Shown piece after piece: positions 21,690 to 30,906 of a stretch of DNA of 64,000 nt. The stretch spans positions 268,838 to 332,837 of the forward strand of contig CAVRKK010000001.1 of the NCBI GenBank assembly GCA_963722385.1. Reading direction: 5' to 3'. The DNA comes from an uncultured bacterium (GTDB lineage: Bacteria > Babelota > Babeliae > Babelales > Babelaceae). Within the stretch, counting starts at the first letter, position 1. Each line of letters opens with the position of its first letter. The position numbers were made by a program, and so were the translations under genes. Below the pieces are notes generated by a model. The model saw nothing but the letters and a program-made list of their open reading frames with translations. It had not been told where the DNA came from and did not search any database.

Positions 21690-22856
21690 CTAAGATAATA
21701 AGAAGCTGGTTTGTGCTGTTATTTGTATATTAAGCGGCTGAATAGTTAACCATTGGGCTGGTCTATTTTCTTCATTCACATGCCCAGCAAGTATACCATA
21801 CATATAAGCATATCTTATTTCAGCATCTGCTTCTATATTCCACAAAGACACTAATTGCGATAAGGCTGGATAGACAGAAAGGTTGAGCGAATGCTCGCTA
21901 TCAAGGTTCAGCAAATATCTAACCATATTCTCATTTCCTTGCACTGATGCTGTTATAAGTGCCTGCTCTAGAATTCTACGGCAATCGGTTTCTTTTATTA
22001 TTCGCTCTATTAAGGCCATAAAGGTAGCAAACTGCTTTTGAATGATTGCAGCTTGAAGAGCGAATTCCATGCCATGCCTGCTCATAGGAAAGCTATTAAG
22101 GATCAAATTAAGCATGTCTAAATTTCCATTTGCTGCGACAAGGTCAAGCGCCGAATCTGCTAATGCGGTAGGTGAAGCGAATTGGTTATTCGGTAATTGG
22201 GCAATAAGGTCCCGAGCTTCATCGAGCTGATCACAAAGAAGGCTATAAAAAAGAGGACGAAACTTCATATACTGTGTTAACAAAGGATAGCCCTCAGATT
22301 CCACCATAGCGATTAAAGTCTTTCTATTTTCTTCGCTTAAAGTTCCGTGCTCTAGCAGCCAAATGAGCGCAGAAGCTGCGCGAATACAATCCTCGCTATC
22401 TCTAGGGGAACTTTGATCTGCCCATTTATATGCCTCCCTAAGCGAAGCAAACGCTAAAGCAACCATTTCATCGTAATTATCAATGAGATTTCCCCCTCGC
22501 TCAACCAGGGCATTAAGGAAAGCACCGTCACCATATACGGCGCTTGCTCGCATTATTTCACCAGTGATGCTCGCTCCATTCTTAAGTAGAATATGAGCAG
22601 CCTTTAAATTATTTTGAAGTAGGCCCAGCAAATCGTTCTTAAACTCGACGACCTCAAGTAAATCGGATTCTTGTTCCTCCATCAGATTTGTGCTATTAGG
22701 GGGAAGAATAAACCTACATTGAGTACGACTGGTCGGTACGCTTGCTGTTTTATTTTGATCTTGGGCTGGATATTTTTTTGTTCTTCCACTTTGAGCAGAA
22801 AAAGGCATGAGTAAAGAAAAACTAAATAAAATAATATGTACGGCCGAGTATATCAT
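21690..22856 (-). CDS. Secreted ankyrin-like repeat protein
   Basis: ILLKNGA, ALDLVAANGNLDMLNLIL, ALITASVQGNENMVRYLL. Confidence 0.75.
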   Translation of the reverse strand: MIYSAVHIILFSFSLLMPFSAQSGRTKKYPAQDQNKTASVPTSRTQCRFILPPNSTNLMEEQESDLLEVVEFKNDLLGLLQNNLKAAHILLKNGASITGEIMRASAVYGDGAFLNALVERGGNLIDNYDEMVALAFASLREAYKWADQSSPRDSEDCIRAASALIWLLEHGTLSEENRKTLIAMVESEGYPLLTQYMKFRPLFYSLLCDQLDEARDLIAQLPNNQFASPTALADSALDLVAANGNLDMLNLILNSFPMSRHGMEFALQAAIIQKQFATFMALIERIIKETDCRRILEQALITASVQGNENMVRYLLNLDSEHSLNLSVYPALSQLVSLWNIEADAEIRYAYMYGILAGHVNEENRPAQWLTIQPLNIQITAQTSFLLS

Positions 22857-24004
22857 TGTTCCTCCGAAAAGGCATGGAAACTGGGCTCTTTAGAGCGCAG
22901 AGGAAATACCCTGTTAAAACTAAAACTATAACCATGAGCAGCTGAAATGATTTTACAGAAGCGGTAACTAATCCCCTGAACTGTTTTGGAAGGGGTAACA
23001 ATATTAAAAGAACCGCTTGTTCTGATAGCAACCTTACCGAGGTATTTCCCTTTCTTTTTACCGTGTGGTACGCGAGCACAAATAATATCGCCTGTTTGAA
23101 ACCCAAAACATTTTTTGGCAGATTTTGCGCTAGTACGAGGAAAACCATACTTATCTACTCTACACATTTGTCGGCTACCATGACCTATTGCTTTTATCAG
23201 GAGCGGATTAACATGATTCACCATGAGCTGCGATGGTGTAGATGCACCAACACAAGCAGCATCGAGCCAATGAGCCTTCGGTAAGTTTTGCAGATTTCTA
23301 TTATATTTAGTTCTTCCACCGGTACCTGTTTCTACGGGTAAGCCGAGAGAACATAACGCATGGTAAAGATGCCAACGAACGCTATTCATCGCCGCGGCGT
23401 CTCTCAGTGACGTCTTGCCTAACTCATGTACTTCAGGATGACCAAATTCTTGCACAGTCTTATTGCCTTTTGCCTGATTGCATGAAGTACACGCCAGAGT
23501 GAAATTTGAAATACGACTGCTACCTCCTCTGCTCTTTGGTATTATATGCTCTATTTCAAGAGGGATCCCAGATTTTTTACAATAGACGCAAGATCGGTGA
23601 AACTTTTCGAGCAAATACTCGCGAACTTCATAGCCAGCCAAGGTTCCTTGTTGATATTCGACACCCGTAATATGGGCATTTTGCATAAGCTGCGTATCGA
23701 AACGTACCAATTCCTGGCTAATAGCGCCGATAGGACAATAACGTATAAGCTTATGGACCCATGTTATGGTATTATCTATCCTACTCTGCAATGAAGGGGC
23801 AAGCCAGCCGGCAGGCCGAGTTCTATTATCAAATCGAGATTGGCGATATCGCGTCTTTCTATTCCTTCTGCTTCTACGGAGACTTCCTCTTGCAAGAAGT
23901 TGATCGCGAATGGTGTTTCCTCTGTGCTCAATCTCTGCCGCAAAGGCTACTTGGCAGGGGTTACAGGGTTGCTTATTCTTGTCTACGACAAACACTAAGG
24001 ACAT
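22853..24004 (-). CDS. iscB: IscB RNA-guided endonuclease with in-frame N-terminal deletion (RuvC-I absent)
   Basis: VFVVDKNKQP, RRSRRNRKTRYR bridge helix, QELVRFD, HNH EHIIPKSRGG..N..CNQAK, HWLDAAC; aggag RBS before ATG at 24004. Confidence 0.92.
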   Translation of the reverse strand: MSLVFVVDKNKQPCNPCQVAFAAEIEHRGNTIRDQLLARGSLRRSRRNRKTRYRQSRFDNRTRPAGWLAPSLQSRIDNTITWVHKLIRYCPIGAISQELVRFDTQLMQNAHITGVEYQQGTLAGYEVREYLLEKFHRSCVYCKKSGIPLEIEHIIPKSRGGSSRISNFTLACTSCNQAKGNKTVQEFGHPEVHELGKTSLRDAAAMNSVRWHLYHALCSLGLPVETGTGGRTKYNRNLQNLPKAHWLDAACVGASTPSQLMVNHVNPLLIKAIGHGSRQMCRVDKYGFPRTSAKSAKKCFGFQTGDIICARVPHGKKKGKYLGKVAIRTSGSFNIVTPSKTVQGISYRFCKIISAAHGYSFSFNRVFPLRSKEPSFHAFSEEQ

Positions 24005-24356
24005 GACACTCCTAAAAATCTCCCCATAGGGGGTAAAGTTTGCCTCGCTCATGTTATAAGGCGGCGTATCTAAAAAGCACTGACTTAAACCCTCGGTCTG
24101 TTTAACCCTTTAGTTACAGAGCTTGGTCCGGCCTTCGTAGCCACATTACCAGCTAGAATCTGGTTTACAGCAAACTTCGGCGGAGTAGGCAACTGGCAAC
24201 CCCCTTCGCTAAAGCTTCGGAGGTCAGGCGCATCCCAAGGTGTGATCTTAAGCCCTTCCTTATAACGTAGCCGTCTTCGCTCAAGAGCTACATCGGCTAA
24301 AGCTGGTCAACCCGGGCTTCTACAAGCCGCGGCCTAAAGGCCGCTGGTTAGTTGAC
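22857..24356 (-). mobile_element. IS200/IS605-family IscB element (non-autonomous, no tnpA)
   Basis: Begins GTCAAC at 24356; 3' end ttcctctgcgctctaaagagcccagtttcc...ggaggaaca followed by ATGA. Confidence 0.88.
24010..24356 (-). ncRNA. omegaRNA (HEARO-like) scaffold with three palindromic insertions
   Basis: GTCAAC..GTTGACCAG, GGCTACGTT, CCTTGGGATGC, TGCCAGTT, CCAAGCTCTG, GTTAAACAG, AACAT.AGCGAGGCAAACTTTACC blocks in canonical order. Confidence 0.88.
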
Positions 24357-24496
24357 TGAAGTTCCTAACTTACTAAAAATCACTTGCCAACGACTTGCTC
24401 CCCAAGATAACAAATGGCAAAAAAAACGTCAAAAGGAAAAAAATGATAACCTAGCTTTGTTACAGCTGAGGAAATGTCACCAAGAGGCAGGAAACC

Positions 24497-24761
24497 ATGA
24501 AAGTGAAAATGAGCTCTTCTGGGCAAGAAGCGAAGGAACTTAAAATCGGAGGAACCTATGAGCATTATAAAGGAAATCGCTATAAAATTATCATAATAGC
24601 TCGCCATGCCGAAACATTGGGAGGAGCATGTTGTTTACCAAGATCTTAGAGAAGCCCAAAAAATATGGATTCGCCCTCTTAAGGTATTTCAAGAGGAAGT
24701 GCTGCGAGAAGGCCTAAGCATTCCAAGATTTCGGTATCTACAGAAGGAGCTATCCGAATAA
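24497..24761 (+). pseudogene. DUF1653 family protein, +1 frameshift
   Basis: GTYEHYKGNRYKII..ARHAETL / EEHVVYQ..WIRPL..F...PRF; shift at ttgggagg; span is 264+1 nt. Confidence 0.85.
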
Positions 24762-24862
24762 ATTTTGCTTAAGAGTTCCAAAAGAAAGCGTAGAGGTTAT
24801 CTTTACCAAGCGCCCAGTTTGCCAAGAGGTCATTGTTCGTCCTTTCACGGCCTCAGCATTTA

Positions 24863-25462
24863 TTAACGTCCAAGGCGTATGGGGGCGGATTTCCGGCGTT
24901 CAGTAAAGCGCCATAATACCTCCTTATTCTTGCTTATCCCAATACGCGGAGTTGCTGTAAATCTCACGGGTTTCATTGGATCCAGGACATAGAGTCTGCT
25001 TGTGATACTTGTTATGTCCAACCCATTATCAGTAAGTGTAATGCCAAATGCTTGCCCTACTTTGCCAGGACCATTGGTTAAGTTTCGTAATACCAAAATT
25101 CCTCGTTTTTCTTGCATTTCTTCTATGCCTTCAATTGGTTGAACAGCTCTTATAAGCACTCCTCCAGCCGGCACATCTGGAGGATGTGCTACAAGATTAA
25201 GGCAGGTATGTAGGCCATAGATAAGGTAGACATATGCAGAACCCGACGGGCCAAAGAGGGCTGCATTTCGAGGAGTTTTTCCACGTGCAGCATGACTTGC
25301 TGGGTCACTTAACCCACAATAGGCTTCAGTCTCAATAATGTAACCGCTCAAACGCTTATCGGAAACTGGGTCTTCATGAACAAGAATTTTGCCTAAAAGT
25401 TGACGCGCAACAGCCACTGTGTCGCGCTCAAAAAAAAAGGCTTGTAGCCGCTGCATAAGCAA
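24863..25462 (-). CDS. mpg: DNA-3-methyladenine glycosylase (MPG/AAG)
   Basis: VARQLLGK, IIETEAY, YVYLIYGLH, LIRA, NGPGK, PRIGI. Confidence 0.95.
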   Translation of the reverse strand: MLMQRLQAFFFERDTVAVARQLLGKILVHEDPVSDKRLSGYIIETEAYCGLSDPASHAARGKTPRNAALFGPSGSAYVYLIYGLHTCLNLVAHPPDVPAGGVLIRAVQPIEGIEEMQEKRGILVLRNLTNGPGKVGQAFGITLTDNGLDITSITSRLYVLDPMKPVRFTATPRIGISKNKEVLWRFTERRKSAPIRLGR

Positions 25463-25706
25463 AGCCCTTTCTTATTGGACAATCTTGCTTTGAGTGTAGC
25501 TAAAACATCTTAGGGCAGCAATGGAATCTTCGCAGGGACGTTATGGATTTTTCAAGGAGTTAATTTTGAAGAAAAGAATAATCTTGAAAATTATAAGTAC
25601 TTGCTAAAAGCAAATGTGAATGGTTATCATACAGGTAACTAACCAACTATTGGTTGCTGCGTCATACGCACATTTATTGAAAAGATTACACACCTAAAAT
25701 AGGAGC

Positions 25707-26381
25707 TTGCTTATGCTTACAAGATACAACCCATTCTACTTCACTGCACTACTTGTTATACTGCAACCAGTGTATGCCGGGGTTGACTTTGCTGCAGTTA
25801 CATTGCCAGCAGCTATACAAAAGGAAATGAGTAATATACAAGCTTACATAGAGCATAGAGCAAAAGGAGCAACCTTTGTCCCTCAAAGTAAAAAAAACAT
25901 GCATATCACGCTAAAAGAGTTAACTGTACTCAACAATAAGCAAAGAAATTCACTAAAGCCAGCTTTGGTCAAGGTTGCTCATAAGTTTAAGCCGTTTAAT
26001 ATTAAGAACGCGGTTAACAAAGGGAAGTTAAAAATCTCGGCTAAGGACGGCTTAACCACTCTTACCTTAGCTCCTGACCAGTTGCTTACAAAACTTGCTT
26101 TTTCTATTCAGGCTGCTGCCAATGCCTTGGTTAAAGCAAAAAAAATACCGCCTATTTCTAAGCGTATTGATTTTCCCTTGCATGGCCATATTACTTTAGG
26201 GTACCTTATCAAATCACCAAAGACTTCTACGCAAGAATACAAAAAGCTTATCAAAAAACTGACAAGTAATTTTAAAAATGCCGCTAACACTAAATTTATA
26301 GTCGATAAGTTTTCATTATTGCAATCTAATGCTCCCAAGTTACCCCGTGTCTACTATAATAAAGGATTTTTTCATTTTTAA
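25707..26381 (+). CDS. Secreted 2H phosphoesterase
   Basis: Two HxT motifs (MHITL, GHITL); N-terminal signal peptide; Lys-rich. Confidence 0.8.
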   Translation: MLMLTRYNPFYFTALLVILQPVYAGVDFAAVTLPAAIQKEMSNIQAYIEHRAKGATFVPQSKKNMHITLKELTVLNNKQRNSLKPALVKVAHKFKPFNIKNAVNKGKLKISAKDGLTTLTLAPDQLLTKLAFSIQAAANALVKAKKIPPISKRIDFPLHGHITLGYLIKSPKTSTQEYKKLIKKLTSNFKNAANTKFIVDKFSLLQSNAPKLPRVYYNKGFFHF

Positions 26382-26496
26382 ATGCCGCAAAAGATAGAAA
26401 ATGTGGCGAAGATTCCAGCCGCTCAAGCTCATCTTTTTGAGGAAGCCCGAGCATCCAATGGGATGCAAAAGTAAGCATCTTTCTTTACTCTGATCC

Positions 26497-26540
26497 AAAA
26501 AAGCCCGCCCGCGCGCTCGTATAGGCTGTAGCGCGCGGGC
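26497..26540 (-). terminator. GC-rich hairpin, probable terminator
   Basis: gcccgcgcgct / agcgcgcgggc 11-bp stem with a nearby A/T tract. Confidence 0.55.
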
Positions 26541-26728
26541 TTAAGACTGTGCAATTAAAAGCATGCTTGAAAAATCGTTAAAGATTTACTCATTGAATAG
26601 AAGTAGAATCCCTCGGTACAATAATCAAAACAGCACTGAGGGATCTTTCACGTAAACTTAAATAAATTAAGCTCAAAATCATTCACCGGCCATGCCAGCA
26701 AAGAAAAACATTCTAAAAATTCTAACCA

Positions 26729-27067
26729 TTACCAGACCAAGCCTAAAATAGATCCCTTCGATATAGGCGCAAAAACACGGCTATCATCATGCTGTGCGCT
26801 GAGATTGTCGGAGAGCACATATACATGACCAAGCGGAATCTGAAGCGGCTTAGAAATGGCATAATTTCCCTGTTTCCAATCAGACCAGTTTCTGCGAATT
26901 GACGCATCTTGAAGTGCAACTCCATTCAAAATTAATTTATCTTCGTCAATTTGTATTGTATCTGTTTCCAGTGCTACAATTCGGGATATCCATACTTTTT
27001 CTTTATGATTGAATAAAACAATATCATTTACTCGATATCCTCGTAAATAGGGCAACGACCTATTCAA
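26729..27067 (-). pseudogene. Signal peptidase I (S26) C-terminal fragment
   Basis: DIVLF, RIVAL..D.I, IP.GHVYVLSDN....DSRVF.PI; N-terminal Ser motif absent. Confidence 0.7.
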
Positions 27068-27107
27068 AAAGCGTAGCTGCCTGTCACATTGATTATAGCA
27101 TTGATAA

Positions 27108-27641
27108 TTATAGCGCAGGCATTTGCCTGGCCCTACCGGATTCCCACCACTTTTTTACATGCTTTTTTAAATGTCGAAAAAAGAATTCGAAATCCTGACG
27201 TTCCTTGGCATCTCGCCGCGTGAACCATCGCCGTCGTGCCGCTTGGCAATAACTGCAGGATAGGTCGATGTGTCTAAAAGCAATAGGCTCACCCATTTCA
27301 TCATAGGCACATTGTTCTGAACCGAACGTATCCTCAGGACACTCACATTTCCCGCGCTTTTCAGTTCCCTCAAGTTTTTTATTCAGCTCATAATAAAAAT
27401 TACTAAAACCAAAACACGCTAATAATTCCTCAGCTACTTTCATATCCCGAACGGTTTTTTCATATCCAAGATGCCGCTGATTTTTGTCGATTTCTTGCCG
27501 TATACGGCAAATTTTAAACCGCATAAGCTCAAAGAGGTAGGCTTGATCCCAATCTTCATCTCTCCATATCACAGGCAACCATGCAATAAGCCGCTTAAGC
27601 CTTCTGTATCCGCTTTGAAAATAATGCCATGGAAATTCCAT
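27108..27641 (-). CDS. Hypothetical protein, phage-like
   Basis: WLPVIWRDEDWD..YL..LM.FK N-terminus, KKWW near the C-terminus. Confidence 0.5.
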   Translation of the reverse strand: MEFPWHYFQSGYRRLKRLIAWLPVIWRDEDWDQAYLFELMRFKICRIRQEIDKNQRHLGYEKTVRDMKVAEELLACFGFSNFYYELNKKLEGTEKRGKCECPEDTFGSEQCAYDEMGEPIAFRHIDLSCSYCQAARRRWFTRRDAKERQDFEFFFRHLKKHVKKWWESGRARQMPAL

Positions 27642-27677
27642 ATTCCCCCCATTAAGTTAAAATTACATCTTTGGAAA

Positions 27678-27925
27678 CTACCAAAGTCTTTTTTGAGCAA
27701 AAGCATGTCCAGAACCCAATTTTAGACATTTTTCGAACGCTAGAGCTTTAGGTTTTTCATCAAAGCAAATATATGTTACTAGCTTCCAAGGCCTAAAATT
27801 AGCAGTATATATTGATGCGCCCGAATTATGTTTTTCCAATCGTTTCGTTGAACAAGATTAACTGTAGAACCTATATAGGTTTTTGTAGAGTCTTTTAAAG
27901 ACCTGACTAGGTAAACGTAATACAT
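27678..27925 (-). pseudogene. Small GIY-YIG nuclease disrupted by a 5-nt tandem duplication
   Basis: MYYVYLVRS...TYIGST..LVQR / LEKHNSG..YT...RPW...FEK.LK.GSG; tcgtt duplicated at 27840-27849 (248 nt = 243+5). Confidence 0.88.
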
Positions 27926-27990
27926 CACTGGTGCTCGAGTTCTGCTTTTGTTTTATTTATATAACAAAAAAGCTTATAGATAACAAAGAA

Positions 27991-28120
27991 TGGCTCTACT
28001 ACGCTCTTTCAGAGCTACGAAGGGCATACTGCGCTCTACGCTTAGTGAAGAGTTCAGAAATTATTAAACTAAATCGTTAGATATGACCAGCCATACGTAG
28101 CTTTAGCGAAGTATGGCTGA
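27991..28120. repeat. Cluster of REP-like palindromes (GTAGCT..AGCGAAG / CTACGCT..AGCTACG core)
   Basis: ctacgctctttcagagctacg; cagccatacgtagctttagcgaagtatggctg. Confidence 0.7.
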
Positions 28121-28308
28121 CGTTGATCGATATGTTTAGGAACCGAGAAATCATGTTTGATTTTAGCTTAAGCAATATCCACGGGCTATTTTCCTCCTTT
28201 GAGCTAAAACTCTACATCTGAATAAATATTCTGCTGAACCAAGATACTCTTGTTTTGAACCCTACATTAGGTTACAATAAATGTGACTTACTGTGGAGTT
28301 ATTTTAGA

Positions 28309-28857
28309 ATGCAACCAATGAAAACTTTAAACGACTGGCTACTAGCGAATGCTCATAGTGAACGTTACTTGTTTACATCACAGGACTTGAGGAGTCTCTT
28401 CCCTAATTTATCTAACGGGGCTTTTAAAACGTTGCTTTCTCGAGCAGGTCAAGCTGGTTATTTGGAAAGATTATGCAGAGGATTATATGCCTACAAAAAG
28501 GCTATTCCATCCCATGGATTATTGTTATTCCATGCAGCAGCGCTCCTAAGAAGTAAAGAATTCAATTATATCAGCTTAGAAACTGTTTTAAGCGATGCAG
28601 GTATAATTTCTCAGGTACCTATAAATTGGATTTCTATTATGTCATCAGGAAGAAGTAATAAAGTGATTTGTGGCAGATTCGGTACAATAGAATTCATCCA
28701 TACTAACAAGAAGCCACTTGAGGTTATGGACCAGTTAACCTATAATGCACAGCGCAAATTATGGCAGGCGAATGTGCAGCTTGCGATCAAGGATATGAAA
28801 GCAACACATAGAAATTGTGATTTAATAGATTGGGATATTGTTCATGAATTTATTTGA
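28309..28857 (+). CDS. Type IV TA antitoxin, AbiEi-like
   Basis: N-terminal wHTH (LERLCRGLY), YISLETVLSDAGIISQVP. Confidence 0.88.
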   Translation: MQPMKTLNDWLLANAHSERYLFTSQDLRSLFPNLSNGAFKTLLSRAGQAGYLERLCRGLYAYKKAIPSHGLLLFHAAALLRSKEFNYISLETVLSDAGIISQVPINWISIMSSGRSNKVICGRFGTIEFIHTNKKPLEVMDQLTYNAQRKLWQANVQLAIKDMKATHRNCDLIDWDIVHEFI

Positions 28858-29737
28858 TAAGTTAACGGAAGAAGCATTAAAAAATCAACCAAATTTCTCA
28901 CATTTAAGGATAGTCGTCGAAAAAGAGTTGTTACATCACGATATCTTAAGGGTGCTTCGTGATAATAATCTAATTTCGAGCCTTACTTTTATAGGTGGAA
29001 CCTGTTTAAGGAGCTGTTATGGAGGAGTAAGGCTTAGTGAAGATCTGGATTTTACCGGAGGTGCCGATTTTTCGAGAGATACTCTTTCTGCAATGGGAGA
29101 AATACTAACCAAAAGCTTGTACGACAAATATGATCTACAGGTTACCGTAAGCGAGCCAATAAAAGATAAACAAAATGTTGATACATGGAAAATCAAAATT
29201 CAAACAAGACCAGAGAGCAATAATATACCTTCCCAGCGTATTAATATTGATATTTGTGCATTACCTTCCTATGAAAAGCAACCTATGATGCTGCTGAATC
29301 CTTATGGCGTAGATATGGGAACATCAGGGCTCATTATACAAGTGCAAAGCCGTGAAGAGATTTATACTGACAAACTTATTGCATTTGCGTTTAGGCCAAA
29401 TCGTATCAAATACCGCGACCTATGGGATATAATTTGGCTTAATGAACAAGGAATAAAACCAAGGTTACCTTTGATCCCTAAGAAACTTAAGGATCGAGGC
29501 CACACCAAAACCACTTTTTTTAGTTTATTTGAAAAACGCATCCAGCTACTTAAAGAAAGACCTGAAACAGCATTAGAATTTAAGCATGAAATGCAACGCT
29601 TTTTACCAATAGAACACGCTAACAAAACGCTCGAACAAGAACATCTATGGAATTTTATCATCTATTTAATAGAAGATTTAGGAGCTCAGATTCGAAAAAA
29701 TTGGAATCAAGTTTGGCGAGAAGCCATAGTTAAATGA
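28844..29737 (+). CDS. Type IV TA toxin, AbiEii/AbiGii nucleotidyltransferase
   Basis: FIGGTCLR, RLSEDLDF, DKL.A, RDLWD. Confidence 0.92.
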   Translation: MNLFDKLTEEALKNQPNFSHLRIVVEKELLHHDILRVLRDNNLISSLTFIGGTCLRSCYGGVRLSEDLDFTGGADFSRDTLSAMGEILTKSLYDKYDLQVTVSEPIKDKQNVDTWKIKIQTRPESNNIPSQRINIDICALPSYEKQPMMLLNPYGVDMGTSGLIIQVQSREEIYTDKLIAFAFRPNRIKYRDLWDIIWLNEQGIKPRLPLIPKKLKDRGHTKTTFFSLFEKRIQLLKERPETALEFKHEMQRFLPIEHANKTLEQEHLWNFIIYLIEDLGAQIRKNWNQVWREAIVK

Positions 29738-29747
29738 TGTAAACTTT

Positions 29748-30473
29748 TCAAGCCTTCTCTATACCTACTAATGAAAAAGTGTTGGTAGAGTTACAGTAAT
29801 CTATTTCCACAACTGAACAGTTTGGTATAGGTTCAACTCGTTCAGTAAGATGAGTAATAAAAAGTTTGATAAGACCACCATGAGTTACGACAGCAACGGT
29901 TTTACCTTGTTGACTATTCGCAATATTTTTCAAGAATGTTTCTATCCGAGTAAATGATTGTGCTTTATTTTCAGCGTGAGGAACAGGCGTATGGTGCCAC
30001 CGTTCCCATCGATCAGAATACCGAGCTAGCAATTGCTCATAAGCGGAAGCATAACGTTTATTAAACTCAGACTCTAGCATACCCTCGGCATCCCCATTAT
30101 ATATTTCACGAATATTCGAATCAGGAATAACAGGTTTTTCAAAAGCTATAGAAATTTCATGTGCTGTAGCCAAGGCCCGCTGAAGATCTGATGAATAGAT
30201 AGCATCTATTTTCCTTTTGTTATTCAACAAAAGTTGTGCAACACATTTCGCTTGACGTATTCCTTCTTGGTTAATAGGAATATCAGAAAGTCCTCCTTGA
30301 ATTCTTTGCTGCGTATTCCAATCAGTTTTGCCATGACGTATGAGTAAAAATTTTGTTATACAAGACGAGGTATCTTCTTGAGCATTGTTATTTATTTGGT
30401 TGGATAAAAAGTAGGCAATGATTATCGCCAGAATCGACAGAAAAGCAATGTGCAAAGCTCGTGAATAGGTCAT
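29748..30473 (-). CDS. Histidine phosphatase (phosphoglycerate-mutase family) with N-terminal anchor
   Basis: LIRHGKT, SSDLQRA, VVTHGG, NCS. Confidence 0.92.
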   Translation of the reverse strand: MTYSRALHIAFLSILAIIIAYFLSNQINNNAQEDTSSCITKFLLIRHGKTDWNTQQRIQGGLSDIPINQEGIRQAKCVAQLLLNNKRKIDAIYSSDLQRALATAHEISIAFEKPVIPDSNIREIYNGDAEGMLESEFNKRYASAYEQLLARYSDRWERWHHTPVPHAENKAQSFTRIETFLKNIANSQQGKTVAVVTHGGLIKLFITHLTERVEPIPNCSVVEIDYCNSTNTFSLVGIEKA

Positions 30474-30906
30474 AGTTTAATTTTTTTCTAGAATTATTCT
30501 ATAATTTTATTAAGTATAGCATACTGGCAAGCAGAGGTAAAATCTATTTTTGAAAGGCACGAGCTTATTAAAATTATGGCCAAATATGCTACTTAGTTTC
30601 GTGCAGCTCTACCTGGACGAGCAACCAAGGGTGGTATACCTTATTGACGCATTCAAGAGCAAACATGCTTTAATATTACATCAATTATTTTCGTGACTAT
30701 AGCCGTTTTTTCCTTTTCAGGTTTTTTTAAATTTACCTGCTTTGGCCATTTAATATGTCCGGAAATATGCCCGGTCCTCAATAAAGGCCCACCTCAACGG
30801 AGGGTTCTCTATTTTCTGACTCCTCAAGGAAAGTAAGCAAGCAAAGGATTTTTGGTAGTTTCGTAATCAACCCTGCCAGTTTTTGCTTCAGGGTTTTGCA
30901 GGGTTC

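Noticed and set aside
24005..24052. ORF-track IscB start (MSEANFT...)
   Set aside because: This is the conserved 3' part of the omegaRNA; the RBS aggag precedes the ATG at 24004
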